Positions 37,521 through 50,690 of a DNA stretch of 64,000 nucleotides are shown in pieces. The notes below the pieces were generated by a model. The model saw nothing but the letters and a program-made list of their open reading frames with translations. It made no database searches and was not told the DNA's origin. The stretch comes from Centroscyllium fabricii (Eukaryota). Each line of letters opens with the position of its first letter. Position 1 is the first letter of the stretch. The position numbers were made by a program, and so were the translations under genes. The stretch spans positions 1,984,001 through 2,048,000 of the forward strand of contig JBNRSN020000038.1 of NCBI GenBank assembly GCA_051313645.2, read 5' to 3'.

Positions 37521-39435
37521 ATTCCTTTATATGCAGAAATGTTTTTCATTGTAGGGAGACCCAACCTATTTTCCATATGCTAATTTGGAAGGAGTTTCCA
37601 ATCAGTCCAACTGTATCAGCATAACTTTATGGAATGGGGTGTTGCAGAGAAACAGGGAAACGAGAGTGTTTATATAAATTAACTCATGCATTTATTTAAT
37701 TGTACAAATCATAATCAATTACATGATTAAAATGGGATATATACCCTGTGAGATTTAATTGTGCTATGTTAATAATTCAGTTTCATCCTTTACCTAAATA
37801 ATCAGCTTTTTATTTGAAATTAAGTTGAGTTTAATTTGTGCGTAAAACTTCAGTAGAAGCTGAAGTGCTACTTCATCAAATTGTTTCTTTTAAATAGCTT
37901 GATTTACATATCTAATTTTTAAAACAATTGTTTTTAATTGATAAAGTTGTTTGGCTGCCCTTGTTTTACTACAGTAATTGCATAGATCAATGTAAGCAAG
38001 TATTTTTGCTTCACAAAGTAGCTTGCGCAAATTTTGGGTTTTGATATTCTTGAGTTCAGAATTACCAGTCACTCCCGTAAGTGGACCTCGTGTCCCCCTG
38101 TGGTTTGGACTGCTCCCTTTTTCTGCGCAATATCTAGTTAAATGCTAATGACGCTGGGAACATGAGGGAACCCTTACTCCATACACCGGCTACTGAAATA
38201 GAACTAGTGCTACCACGTGAATTATTTTCTTTTTTGTGAAAGGTGGACTGAATAACCACTCTCCAGAGACGAGGTACGGGCTTTGGACCAGTCGCTCGTT
38301 TATTGACCTGAAGTGTTCCAATGAACAGTTGATAAAATGAGAGCGCATATTCTCCTCCACTCCTCGGGATATGTAACCAATTAGCGCCACTTGCTTTTGC
38401 TCTAAAAGTTGTCTTTTATGGTAGAAGATTTCTCTACCTTTAACCCTTCAAAGTTAAGCTGGTTCAGACTTTTAAAAATATAGACCGCCCTTTTCTGCTG
38501 GCCACAGAACCACAGACCTCTGTGACTGAGAGCGATACTCCTTAAGCCATACTCCTTAAGCCCATCAGTTAGGATACCCATCCACTGATCTGTGACTCTG
38601 AGGTTTCAGACTGGGGTCTGCTTGTAGAATGGTGGGTAGATAATATACCTTTCATGATTTTCCAATATTGAATGAAGATAATTTTATTGATGGGGCAAGA
38701 TGCTTATCAGTGAATTTGAGGATTCCAGTGACTGACCCCTAGGGAGTTACCCATTGTTGACAGATTCAGTAACTTCCATATAAGCAGCATCGATGCAACA
38801 TGTTTAACCATTTACCACTTCAGAACACCATTGTGGGCCTAAATGAACTTTTGGGCTCTGGGCCTGCTGGGTGGAATACTGAATGGAGTTAACCCCTTGC
38901 ATACTGAATCTAGCAATGCAATGATGTACAATCCAATGCAGACAACCCAAGCAAAAAAAAATCAATTTTGCCGCAGTTTTGTCACAATAGAATTTGGGTA
39001 CTTGTGTGCAAAACTTCTTGTATGTTAAGTTTAGATTTTTGTAAAGTGTTCTCCTTGTGCTACTTGTGTGCCTCCCCTGCACCTTAAACCGCTACATGAT
39101 TGAGCACTTGAAGGAAGATGATCTCTTGCCAATGCTCTATCTACATATTTTGGCTCATTCTTGCATTTATTTCCACTCTTCCTCTCGGGAAGTCTCCACT
39201 GTCTTTGAGGGTTTACTATTTGAGAAATCATGTAGAAACTCTGCAGGCCTAACAGTCCATGCAACAATACATTTGTTTGAAGCTTATTTGCCATTGAACA
39301 AGCAAATTTTTAAATAATGAAATTATATTTGATAATTTTCAGAACCTTTTGGAACAGGTTTTCATTTTGTTTGCATTGCTGCATTACCATATATGCGGCC
39401 TAGATGAACTGAAGAATTAATTGAAATCATACTCT

Positions 39436-42400
39436 TGTGGCGACACGCCCACCGGCAGCCACGAAACCGCGCTGGGAAGGCTGCAAAGCGGCCCCGCCCG
39501 TCGGAGGACGCACGGACTTCCCCGACGTGATGACGTCACCAGGTGGCCAGCCGGCAGTGACGTCCCCAGCGGCGGGACCTTTAAATACCTGAGCACCAGG
39601 TGGCTCAGTCTCTTTCTCCCTCTCTGGCCCTAGCTGTAACAAGTAGTTAATAAAAACTCTGCTTTTAACCCCTCTGTGTCCAGCGTGGTCCTTCAGCCTT
39701 GCAGGCCTCAACACTGGTGACCCCGATACCTGAGACGTTTCTCAGGTGAACAATGAAGCAGCCACTGCAGGACTGAGGGCCAAGCTGCCGCAGCCGAATC
39801 GCTACCACCATGCCAGCAGCAAACGACTCAGCACGCCAAGGCAGACGGGGCCAAGTTTACCTCCCGGTCACAACCATACCACAATTCTGGGAGCTCCGTC
39901 CAGCGGCTTGGTTTCGCAACACCGAGAACACCTTCCGCATCCATGGCGTGCACGCAGACGACCGCTACAGCCTGCTCTTCGCAGCCCTCGCACAGTCCAC
40001 CATCGACAGAATGTGGGACAGCATCGAGGAAGACACTTCTGCAGGCAGGTACGAATCGCTAAATGCCGCGCTGCTCGCAAAATTTACCCCAACCATTTTC
40101 GAGCGTGATTGCCAGGTCATTAACCTCCCCGACCTGGGAGATGCAGACCCCACCGACTTGTGGGCCCAGTTCGAGGCGCTCAATCGCGACTCAAGACACC
40201 CTTAAGCGCGCCCTCTACCTCCTTAAGCTGCCGCCCTCCATCAGACCGACACTGACGGTCTTGGAGCACCTCTCAAACAGGCAGCTAGCTCAGGAGGCAG
40301 ACAAGCTCATTAAGGCCGAGCGCACCCGCGCCACCATGCACCGCCACGCTGCCGCTCAACAAGAGCAGCACCAACCACAACCCCGGCCCCAACCCCAACT
40401 CAGAGCCGCGCGGACCCACAAAAAGCCACGCACCGCGGCAACCGGCTGGTGCTACTACCATACCAGGTTTGAGGCCAAAGCGCAGCGCTGCGTTCCGCCC
40501 TGCAACTTCAAACCCCAAACCTGCCCCAGCCCCACCATGTGCGTCGGCCGCTCCGGAGCGCTGCTCTTCGTTACAGACAGTGTCTCAGGCCTCCGTTTCC
40601 TCTGCGACACAGGCGCGCAGCACAGCATCGTGCCAGCCTCCCCCGCAGAATCCAAGCAGGGCACCCAAGGCCCACCACTCGAAGCCGCAAACGGCTCCGA
40701 GATACTCACGTTCGGTACCCGCCAGCTTACCATTAAACTAGCAGGCCACAGGTATACGTGGGACTTCATCACCGCGCAGGTTAACACGCCCCTACTCGGA
40801 GCCGACTTTCTGTGCGCCCACGGGCTCCTTGTCGATGTTACCCGGCGCCGCCTGGTCGACATCCAAATCATGTCGACCATTCCGTGCTCCACAGCCCCAG
40901 CACACCAGACCCACGCGGCAGCTCACTGCCGGGCCCGCAACTCCGACACGTACGCCACGCTGCTCGCCGAGTTCCCCACCCTAACCAACCCCACCTTCAC
41001 AGCCCGCTCCGCCAAGCACGGCGTAGAGCACCACATCACCACCACAGGCCCCCCGGTCCACGCCCACGCACGCAGGCTGGACCCGGCCAAGCTAGAGATC
41101 GCTCGAGCCGAGTTCCACATCATGGAACAGCTCGGCATCATCCGCCGCTCCAGCAGCCCCTGGGCCTCCCCCCTCCACATTGCCCCCAAACCCGATGGCG
41201 GCTGGCGCCCCTGCGGAGACTACCGCCGCCTCAACAACGCCACCACCCCGGATAGGTACCCAGTCCCCCACATCCAGGATTTTTCCGTGAGGCTAGCCGG
41301 CTGCACGGTCTTTTCAAAGATCGACCTGGTACGGGGCTACCACCAAGTTCCAGTGCACCCGGCGGATGTCCCTAAGACAGCCGTCATCACCCCATTCGGC
41401 CTATTTGAATTTCTCCGGATGCCCTTCGGACTCAAAAACGCGGCCCAGGCTTTCCAGCGCCTCATGGACTCAGTCCTCCGGGACCTCCAGTTCACATTCG
41501 TCTATCTCGACGACATCCTGGTGGCCAGCGCCTCCCCCCGGGAACACCTCATCCACCTCAGAACCCTTTTTAAACGCCTGGCCGACCACGGCCTCATATT
41601 AAGCCCCTCCAAGTGCCGATTCGGCCTCGAGGCTATTGACTTCCTCGGCCACCACATCTCCCACACCGGGGCCATACCCCTGCCCTCCAAGGTGCAGGCG
41701 GTCCAGGAATTCCCCCGCCCGCACTCCATCAAGGGGCTGCAGGAATTCCTTGGAATGGTTAATTTTTACAACCGTTTCATCCCCGGCGCAGCCGCCCTCA
41801 TGGCCCCCCTCTACCAGGCCACCCACGGGCAATCCAACAAGACCGCGGTCGAGTGGACGGCCGAAGCCGCCACCGCCTTCACCGCAACCAAAACGGCCCT
41901 TGCCAAAGCCACCCTCCTCAGCCACCCCAGGCCCAACGCCAGAGTAGCCCTCACCACCGACGCCTCCGACCACGCTGTCGGAGCAGTCTTCGAGCAGTGG
42001 TCGGGCGACTCATGGCAACCACTGGCCTTTTTCAGCCGCCGCCTCCGGCCCCCAGAGGTCAAGTACAGCGCCTTCGATAGGGAGCTACTCGCTCTCTACC
42101 TCGCAGTGCGCCACTTCCGCTTCCTTTTAGAGGGCCGCCACTTTACAGCATTTGTGGACCACAAACCATTAGTCTCCGCAATGGCTAAGCTCTCCGAACC
42201 CTGGTCAGCCAGGCAGCAGCGCCAGCTCGCGGCCGTGTCCGAGTTCACGACCGACATCCAGCACATTGCCGGCCGCGACAACGTGGTCGCCGACTGCCTC
42301 TCACGACCCGCCATTCACAAGCCCAACCCCGACCACCCCGCGGGCCCTGCCATCAGCAGCGCAGGCACAACCGGCACCCAAACCGCCGACCACCCCCCAA

Positions 42401-44248
42401 CCCCAGCCACCAACCGCGCCTGCGCACACTGCTGCGCATTCCCAACCACCAACACTGTCCAGACCGCGGTCGACTACGTCAAAATGGCGGCCGACCAACT
42501 CAGCGACCCCGACCTCCTCGACCCCACCAACAAACTTCCCGGACTACTCTTGGCCACCGTAGCACACGGACCCACAGCCACGGCGGTCCGCTGCGACGTC
42601 ACCCTGCCCCAACCCAGGCCCGTGGTGCCCCCCGCGTGGAGGCAGCACATCTTCCAGACCCTCCACGGCCTCTCCCACCCCGGCGTCCGCGCATCCACCA
42701 AGCTCATCTCTGCGCGATTCGTTTGGCGCGGCCTAAAACAAGATGTCCACGCCTGGACCACCTCGTGCAATGCCTGCCAGCGAGCCAAGGTGCACAAACA
42801 CATCAAAGCACCGCTCCAACCAATCGCCATCCCAGCTAGACGCTTCAGCCACGTGCACATCGACCTGGTTGGACCACTACCCCCATCACGTGGACACTCG
42901 TACCTCCTCACAATGGTCGACCGCACCACCCGCTGGCCTGAAGCGGTCCCCCTCAACACGACCACCACCGCCGAACTGGCCAGGGCCTTCATCGCCACCT
43001 GGGTCGCCCGCTTCGGCGTCCCCAACGACATTACTTCAGACAGGGGCCCCCAATTCACTTCAACTCTATGGTCAACCATCGCTCACGACCTTGGGGTAAC
43101 CCTGCACCGAACCACTGCCTACCACCCGCAAGCCAACGGCCTCTGCGAACGGTTCCACCGAACTTTTAAAACATCCCTGCGGGCCAGCCTCCAGGACGCA
43201 ACCTGGACGGACCGCCTGCCCTGGGTAATGCTCGGCCTCCGCACAGCGGCCAAAGAAGATCTACACGCCTCGGCAGCCGAACTCGTTTACGGCCAACCAC
43301 TAACCGTACCAGGCGAGTTCGTCGCAGAAACAAACGAACCCTGGTCGGCCGAGCGCTGCCTCAGGGAATTCAACAACCAGGCAGCAGAATTCAAACCACT
43401 TCCGGTGGCCCGCCACGGTCAACCGGCGACACGCGTCCCCAACACCATTCAGGACGCCAAGTACGTGTTTGTCCGCCATGACTCTCACAAACCACCGCTG
43501 CAGGCACCGTACGACGGGCCATTCAGAGTGCTTCGGGCGGGACCCAAGACTTTTGACATTCAAATGGGCAACAGAACTGAGACCGTATCCATTGACCGGC
43601 TCAAACCAGCACACGTAATGGCGGGCGAGACAACAGTCCCCGCACAACCACCTAAACGCGGCCGCCCTACCGCACCAAAACCCGCCCACACTCCCACACA
43701 GACCAACAAGCAACACATCACACGTGCCGGCCGTACCATCAGGCCACCTAAGCGCCTCGCCTGAGGCGACACGGGCAGAGCATTGACGGCCCGCCACAAC
43801 ACCATCTTTCGAACCACGGAACAGCACACAACACCTGCCGGCCACAACACCAGGCCATTGCGGCAAACTGTCGGACATTCTGTGTGTAATCGAAATGTGT
43901 GTCTGCTCTCTTTTTTGTCTCCCTCCTCTAGGAAACTACACTTCCCCTCGCGGATTCTGGGGGGGAGCTGTGTGGCGACACGCCCACCGGCAGCCACGAA
44001 ACCGCGCTGGGAAGGCTGCAAAGCGGCCCCGCCCGTCGGAGGACGCACGGACTTCCCCGACGTGATGACGTCACCAGGTGGCCAGCCGGCAGTGACGTCC
44101 CCAGCGGCGGGACCTTTAAATACCTGAGCACCAGGTGGCTCAGTCTCTTTCTCCCTCTCTGGCCCTAGCTGTAACAAGTAGTTAATAAAAACTCTGCTTT
44201 TAACCCCTCTGTGTCCAGCGTGGTCCTTCAGCCTTGCAGGCCTCAACA
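39436..44248 (+). mobile_element. CsRn1-clade-like Gypsy LTR retrotransposon 2, very recent
   Basis: 278-bp TG..CA LTRs at 39436-39713 and 43971-44248, no difference seen by eye; TSD CTCT; tRNA-Trp PBS TGGTGACCCCGA; PPT; CHCC knuckle CYYH..C...C. Confidence 0.95.
39810..43764 (+). CDS. Gag-Pol polyprotein of Gypsy 2 (one +1 frame break near 40190-40205)
   Basis: Gag N-terminus 39810-40205; ORF 40063-43764 with CHCC, protease LCDTGA, RT YLDD, RNase H TDAS..ELLA, integrase HHCC/DDE and GPY/F. Confidence 0.9.
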
Positions 44249-44499
44249 CTCTCCCTGTTTGCTAGTTACTTTTTTAAATTGTCAACATTGTTGAAAATTT
44301 CTACGGCTTATCAAAATGGTTCATGCTAAAGAAAGCCAGTAAAAACAAAATGCATTACACTTCCAAGTTTAGATGAGACAAATTGCAAAGCAACAATGTC
44401 GACTGTACAAATGCATTGATCTACCTTGCATAAAATATTAATTACTGCTTTCAAGCTCTTCGGTTGAAGATCTGATTATGTAGTCTGTTGGGGGGCTTA

Positions 44500-44760
44500 C
44501 TTTTTTGCACACTACAGTACTAAGGGAATTCTGCACTCTTGGAGGTGTGGTCTTTTGGATGAGATGTTCAACCAAGACCCAGTCTGCCTGTTCAGGTGGA
44601 TGTAAAAATATCCCGTGGCCTATGGCGCGTCCTCGTCTACATTTATCCCACAACCAGCACCTAAAACCGGTTATCTGGTAATTTATCTCATTGCTGGTTG
44701 TAGGACTTTGTGCACAAATTGGGTTCAGTGTTTGCCGATATTGCAGCAGCGATTACACTT
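44500..44760 (+). mobile_element. Deu-SINE fragment
   Basis: Similar to the reverse complement of 32400-32620 (ggatgagatgtt..ggtggatgtaaaa). Confidence 0.65.
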
Positions 44761-45525
44761 CGGTAGGAACAACAGAAAGGCAGAGTATTATTTAAATGGT
44801 GATAGATTAAAAAATGTTGATGTACAGAGGGACCTGGGTGTCCTTGTACACCAGTCACTGAAAGCAAACATGCAGGTGCAGAAAGCAGTTAGGAAGGCAA
44901 ATGGTATGTTGGCCTTCATTGCAAGAGGATTTGAGTACAGGAGCAAGGATGTCTTACTACAGTTGTACAGGGCCTTGGTAAGACCACACCTGGAGTACTG
45001 TGTGCAGTTTTGGTCTCCTTACCCAAGAGAGGATATACTTGCCATGGAGGGTGTGCAGCGAAGGTTCACCAGACTGATTCCTGGGATGGCAGGACTGTCG
45101 TATGAGGAGAGATTAGATCGATTAGGCCTTTATTCACTGGAGTTTAGAAGAGTGAGAGGGGATCTAATTGAAACGTGTAAAATTCTAGACAGACTGGATG
45201 CAGGGAGGATGTTTCCCCTGGCTGGGGGGGTCTAGAACGACGGGGCACAGTCTCAGGATACAGGCTGGGACATTTAGGACTGAGATGAGGAGAAATTTCT
45301 TCGCTCAGAGGGTGGTGAACCTGTGGAATTTACTACCACAGAAGGCAGTGGAGGCCAAGCCATTGAATATATTTAAGATGGAGATAGATAGATTTCTAGA
45401 CACAAAAGGCATCAAGGGGTACGGGGAGAGAGGAGAAATATAGTGTTGAGATAGAGGATCAACCATGATCATGTTGAATGGCGGAGCAGGCTCCAGTGGC
45501 CTACTCATGCTCCTATGTTTCTATG
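44761..45525 (+). mobile_element. CR1 LINE 3' fragment
   Basis: QRDLGVLV, RPHLEYCVQFWSP, 3' UTR and tail. Confidence 0.9.
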
Positions 45526-45685
45526 AACTATGCTCTACACTCTCCAAGTGTGGGTTATGCACAGTTGTGAATTATATCCCACACACACAGTATGAGCAAC
45601 CCATGGATGTGAACCGCGTCCTACACTGCTCCAACTGCTCCTCTCTGACCATTTTATTTCTGTATGGCACTATCTGGAAGACGTT

Positions 45686-46523
45686 GGGCCAGGTTTTCCT
45701 CTGCTCCAGAGGAGCTGCACACGCACGGAGGGGGGTCCGAAATGCCCCGTGGGTGTGCAGCACGGGGGATGCCCACGAACGGGAATTTCCTCTGCTGAGG
45801 GAGAAGGGCCCTCAGCATCAAACGCAGGAGTGAGTTGCACCCAGAATTTGCAATCCAAAAGGGTGATTTTTGGAGAGTGATTCCGTGTGCAACTGGCTCA
45901 CAAGCTGCACCCAGAAAAACCAGTAGTAAAGTCGTGCGTGAGGGACAAGATTTAGTTACTAAAGCAGGTAAGTTAATTTTTTAACTTTAATTTAATTTTT
46001 TTACAGTTTTTGGGAGTAATGTGGCCAGATCGGTAGCGTTAAATTTTTAAGTTAAAGTTTAAAAAAAAAAAAATTACAAATCCGATTTTAAGTTAATTTA
46101 CCTGTTTCAAATCGCTAATTTTTAAAGTTAAATTTCTGAAATGTTTAACTCTCTAGCTATTAAAAAATCTAAGAGGAAAAAATGGCAGACTTACCTTCCG
46201 TTTCTTCCTGAGAAGCTGCTCTGCCCGCGCTGCTCCCCCGCCGAGTCTGTGAGTGCAGCTCCACACTTCCCTGCTCTCACAAAGGTCCGACTCGGGATCT
46301 GTGTGCATTTTTTAATTTAAATTAGGGATCGGGGGTGTTTTTTATTTAAATTTGGGATCTGTGGGCGGGGCATACACTGCGCACCTAGCGTGGCTGGACT
46401 GCCACGCAGCGCAGGAACGGGGAGGAAAGTCAGGGAACAACTTCTGTGCGATGTTGGTGCGTGCGATAGGTGTCCGCAGGGTCCTAGCGCACGCACTAAC
46501 CTGCACAGAGGAAAACCTGGCCC
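45686..46523. mobile_element. PIF/Harbinger-type MITE
   Basis: Perfect 18-bp TIR GGGCCAGGTTTTCCTCTG, 3-bp TSD GTT. Confidence 0.88.
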
Positions 46524-47009
46524 GTTAAGTTTAAAGTGACATATTTGAGGTAAGTTTTTCTTTTGAAGGGGCAAAATAGAAATGTGAATGGCAAAAACTG
46601 CAACCATTTTCAAGCCAGTGTTTATGAACAAAGGGTGGCGGAAGTTATTGTTGTAATTTTGAAATGGATGGCCTTTGTAAATGCTCGGCAACGTGTGTTG
46701 TAACTTGCAGTCTTAATATGGTGGCTGCTTTCCCCATCGTTATGGATCATGTCCTCTTCGAGTTTGTTTTTGAAGAAATGTCTCAGTGGATTCTTGGAAT
46801 TTCTCCTAATCTAGTGAGTCTTCAGTAAAGGATTATTAAAGCTAGTCTTGTTTTTCTTGGTTCAACTTTTAAAACAATTTTATGTCTGACTTTATGTAAC
46901 AAATCAGGATGTTATATTGGGGGGAAAAATAATTTTCATCGCTTAACTGCTTCAGGTTTTCATTTTTTAGTAGTGCTATGGACCCTGGTAAAAGCGAGAC
47001 TAAAACATT

Positions 47010-47115
47010 GCATTGACTTGGTGCCTTTCATGACCCCAAAAATGTCCCAAAGTGCTTTACAGCCAGTGAAATACTTGAGTGTAGTCACTGTTGTAATGTA
47101 GGGAAATGTGGCGGT
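47010..47115 (-). mobile_element. Deu-SINE 3' fragment
   Basis: gtcccaaagtgctttacagcca...gtagtcactgttgtaatgtag, as at 32345-32410. Confidence 0.65.
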
Positions 47116-47234
47116 CAATAGAGGAATGTTTTGACGTGTATTTGGTTTCAATATTTGCACCTTGTTGCTGTACGCTGACCAGATATCTAACTTTAATCAG
47201 TTCCTTATTTTAATTTTTCTTCTCTTGTCTCTAG

Positions 47235-47358
47235 GCCACTGGGGCAGCCAAGGGTTGAAGAGTTTTTCATCCAGAACCCTAGCTGGGAGTTGCCAGTCAC
47301 ACTGGTTTCAGTGTTTACGTTGAGTAGACATTTCCATGTACCTCCTGTAGATAGCATG
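47235..47358 (+). CDS. TMEM131L: TMEM131-like internal coding exon
   Basis: tctcttgtctctAG acceptor, GTGAGT donor; 124 nt completes the split Gln codon (CA|G), then PLGQPRVEEFFIQNPSWELPVTLVSVFTLSRHFHVPPVDSM (NPS...HFHVPP as in TMEM131L). Confidence 0.92.
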
Positions 47359-48618
47359 GTGAGTATCCACAATCCTGCTGACAGAAACTTTCAATTGTCA
47401 GTGTTTTGATGTGAAAATTAATATCCATATTGACAATGCTTACTCATTCATGAACTATTCGTTAACCAAAAAAGTCTAATGATAAATAGTTAAAACTATT
47501 TCTAGATTTGGAAAGTAATATTGAAGGCTTATTGATGAGATTTATATGTAATGGTTTAAAGGAGCTGCTAATTTTTTATTAACTCACTACAGACTGCAGT
47601 TTTTAATTTCAAAATGTCAGTTTAAGGTGAAAGTGTGGCCTATATATGAGTGAATTTATTTTTCTTGTGGGATGAAAACATGCACAGTGTCGACCAGCAT
47701 GGCATCACTTAGCTGCTCTGCTGCTGTTATTGAGAACAGCATTTTGAGCCATTCAATAATTATTGAATAAGTTAAAGGGATGAATAAAGATTGCCGCCTT
47801 CATTCTCCCATACTAAACATGTTTGCTGCTTTGCAGCTTTTGTGGGCCAAAAGTTAGCAGTAGTATAGTTTATTCCTGTTCTTTGGGTCTTCAGTGTCTA
47901 ATTTAAATGCATAGAGGATATATAGCAAGTAAGCATGAAATATTGTTTTATACCATCAGTAGCTTGCAATTTTGTTTTATTCTTTTCAGAGTTGCAAAAT
48001 GGATTCATCTTTTGATTAGTACCTAACATTTTTGCGTACTTTCAAATAGTTTTCAGTGAAGATGGTGCTAGATGTGCCGCATTCCAGTAATACATAATTG
48101 TGATACAAGCCTGTTGTCCTATTTAATGCATGTTGTGAAGCTGTTCATGGACCAGTAACATGGAAATGGTTTAGATGGTCATCCCGCCCCCAACTGAGTT
48201 CCTGATACAATTGCGTAATGCAATTGCCAGGAAGCTTTCTAATGGCTCGTTCGAAGCACTATTGATCGAGGCTTGGGAGCTTCTCCATTGTTCTGTTTGC
48301 AAATATGTGAGGAAGGGAGACCAAGGATCCAATCGTATCCTCACTTGAGGTGCACGTGGGTGCACTTCCCATTAATGGCCAATCAATAGTAATCCGGAGC
48401 AGGTATTTTTCTCTCCCTTCGTCGTCCTGGGATACCCAGATAAAAAAGCTGGTTACTTTCATCGTAAACTGATCCTGGTCTCCTTCCACTGCTTTTTTAA
48501 CCACCGGCTTGGAGTTATACAAGCAAAATCATGGTTGAATTTTTTCCCTTGATAACCTGGCTAAAACTGATATCGATATGAAGAATTGTAGACATGCACG
48601 ACCCAATTAATTGCAATA

Positions 48619-49092
48619 CAGGTCCGACACCGATAATCTGGCACTGGCGGAACCAGGCCGGTGCTGGATTAGTGAAAAATCCGAGCGATTGAAGCTTCGG
48701 CGAGCGCATGCGCTGACCATTCAAAATGGCCGCCGCGAAGGCCGGCGGCCATGTTGAATGGTCTGCACATGCGCTTGCCGAAGCATCAATCGTTCGGGGA
48801 GAGGCCCGGGCATGCGCAGCCAAGCGTGGCGGCCATTTTGCGCATGCACAGCCAAGTGCGACGACCATTTTGCGCATGCGCAGACCAGTCGGGGAGAGGC
48901 CCGGACATGCGCAGCCAAGCGCGACGGCCATTTTGCGCATGCACAGACAAGTCTGGTAGTCGGGGAGAGGCCTGGGCATGCGCAGCCAAGCGCGGCGGCC
49001 ATTTTGCGCATGTGCAGACTAGTTGTCCGGATTCATTCCGGACGACTGAAGTTTGCGGATTACCGGTGTCCGGATTAACGGTGCCGGACCTG
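48619..49092. mobile_element. Tigger/pogo-like MITE, copy 10 (CAGGTCCG TIR subfamily)
   Basis: TA-CAGGTCCGACACCG ... CGGTGCCGGACCTG-TA; internal repeats of gcatgcgcagccaagcg..ggccattttgcgcatg. Confidence 0.85.
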
Positions 49093-50690
49093 TACTAGGT
49101 TTCCATGTTCCTTCCCTTGCACGCACAACCACACTCCAAGACATTTTAATTGTAAAGAATCTAATTGATTTTCTTTGTCATTTTTTCGAGCTCAAATTTC
49201 TCCACGTTGCCTCTAAGTTCCATATTACAGTCTTAACCTTTTAATGTGGTTTAATTTGGTCAATCACAGAATTAAGTATTATTCACACTGCAAATTATTC
49301 TATGTTCTAGGATGTTGTTTTAAGATTACAAATCCGTGTGATCTTTTGATCTGGCAGTTTGTCTATAAAGTTCAGTGCACAGTGAAAGCTGTGAAGCATC
49401 CGACAGGTGGATTATAATTTGCAACCTTTGATCTCTGTCTGTCTTGGTCTCTGTCTCCTTGCCCTGTGGGGAGAAAGACAAACCACTAAATATCTGCAAG
49501 TAATACTATTTTTGCATGTTAGTACCTCACAAAAGAAAGTAAATGTATTGTGTGACCTGCATAAACTGCTGCATACCACTTCATATTTAACTACTTCCTT
49601 TTTGGCACTGAGAACCAGTTTACAACCTTGTTTTTGAAGTGTGCATTCTTTAATTAAACCTCGAGGGGGAATGTATACACTTGCAACACAACTAAGCAGT
49701 CCTGACTTATTAAATTTATCTTGATTACTGGATTTCTGTTTATTTTGTTTAGATCCATCTGTATGGAATGTATTTTTCATATTTTTCTGGTTCATTCATG
49801 TTAATTCGATTGAGTTTAAACAGGGGCTTGTATACAGTTTCCATGAGAAATGCTGTGTCTAACATTTAATATTCAGGGCACTTGTTTAATACATGCTTGG
49901 ACTGATGCTTTTTTAAGGAATCGTATTTGCAGTTTTTGATGCTAGCTTAATTTTCATCGATATTGAGCATTGTTCAGTTGCTGAACGGCAGAATGCTTTA
50001 TAAGGTCGTCCCACTGATGAGATACCTTTTTAATTGTCCCAGTTATGTTTTTGTTCCTGACCGGATTTGACTTGGATCAGGTTTTCACTTGTTGGCGCTT
50101 AGTTTGTCCTGAGACAGTTGTTGGAAATTGTGTTCTGTGCCTTCAATGTGCAGGAAACCATAGATCCACCATTCAAGGGAGTGGTGTGTGCTGTTCCTTG
50201 TAGATTGCATGCAGATGAGTTTTCTGAAAAGGTAGCTGCACTCTAACCAAGGGGTACATTTTATTGTGGACTAGCATGTTGGCATCCATTTAATACGCTG
50301 CACCTCAGGGCACTTGCTTTTATTAGGTGCAAAGTGCCATTTATGTGCAGCTGATTAAGTCAGTTTAACCCTTCGACTGTTGCCAGTTTCAGTGAAACTC
50401 CTGTCTGGACCAAGCAGATTAGCTGACACAACGACCTAGAAAATCATCCTAATATAACAGTACTCAACATCTGCAATAGTTCTATTATTGTAAAATAGTT
50501 CATAAATAATGAATGAAACCCTTAAAGCAATTTTACGTAGAAAAATATAAACAATTTATTCACTCTTTTATTCTCTTCCCCTTTCTCTCTGCTTTCTTAT
50601 TTTAACTCTAAATGTATTACGGGGTGCATTACAAATTTCCTTCTTGAGAAAAAATAGCTATTTAAAATATGTGACAACATTCCATGATAT

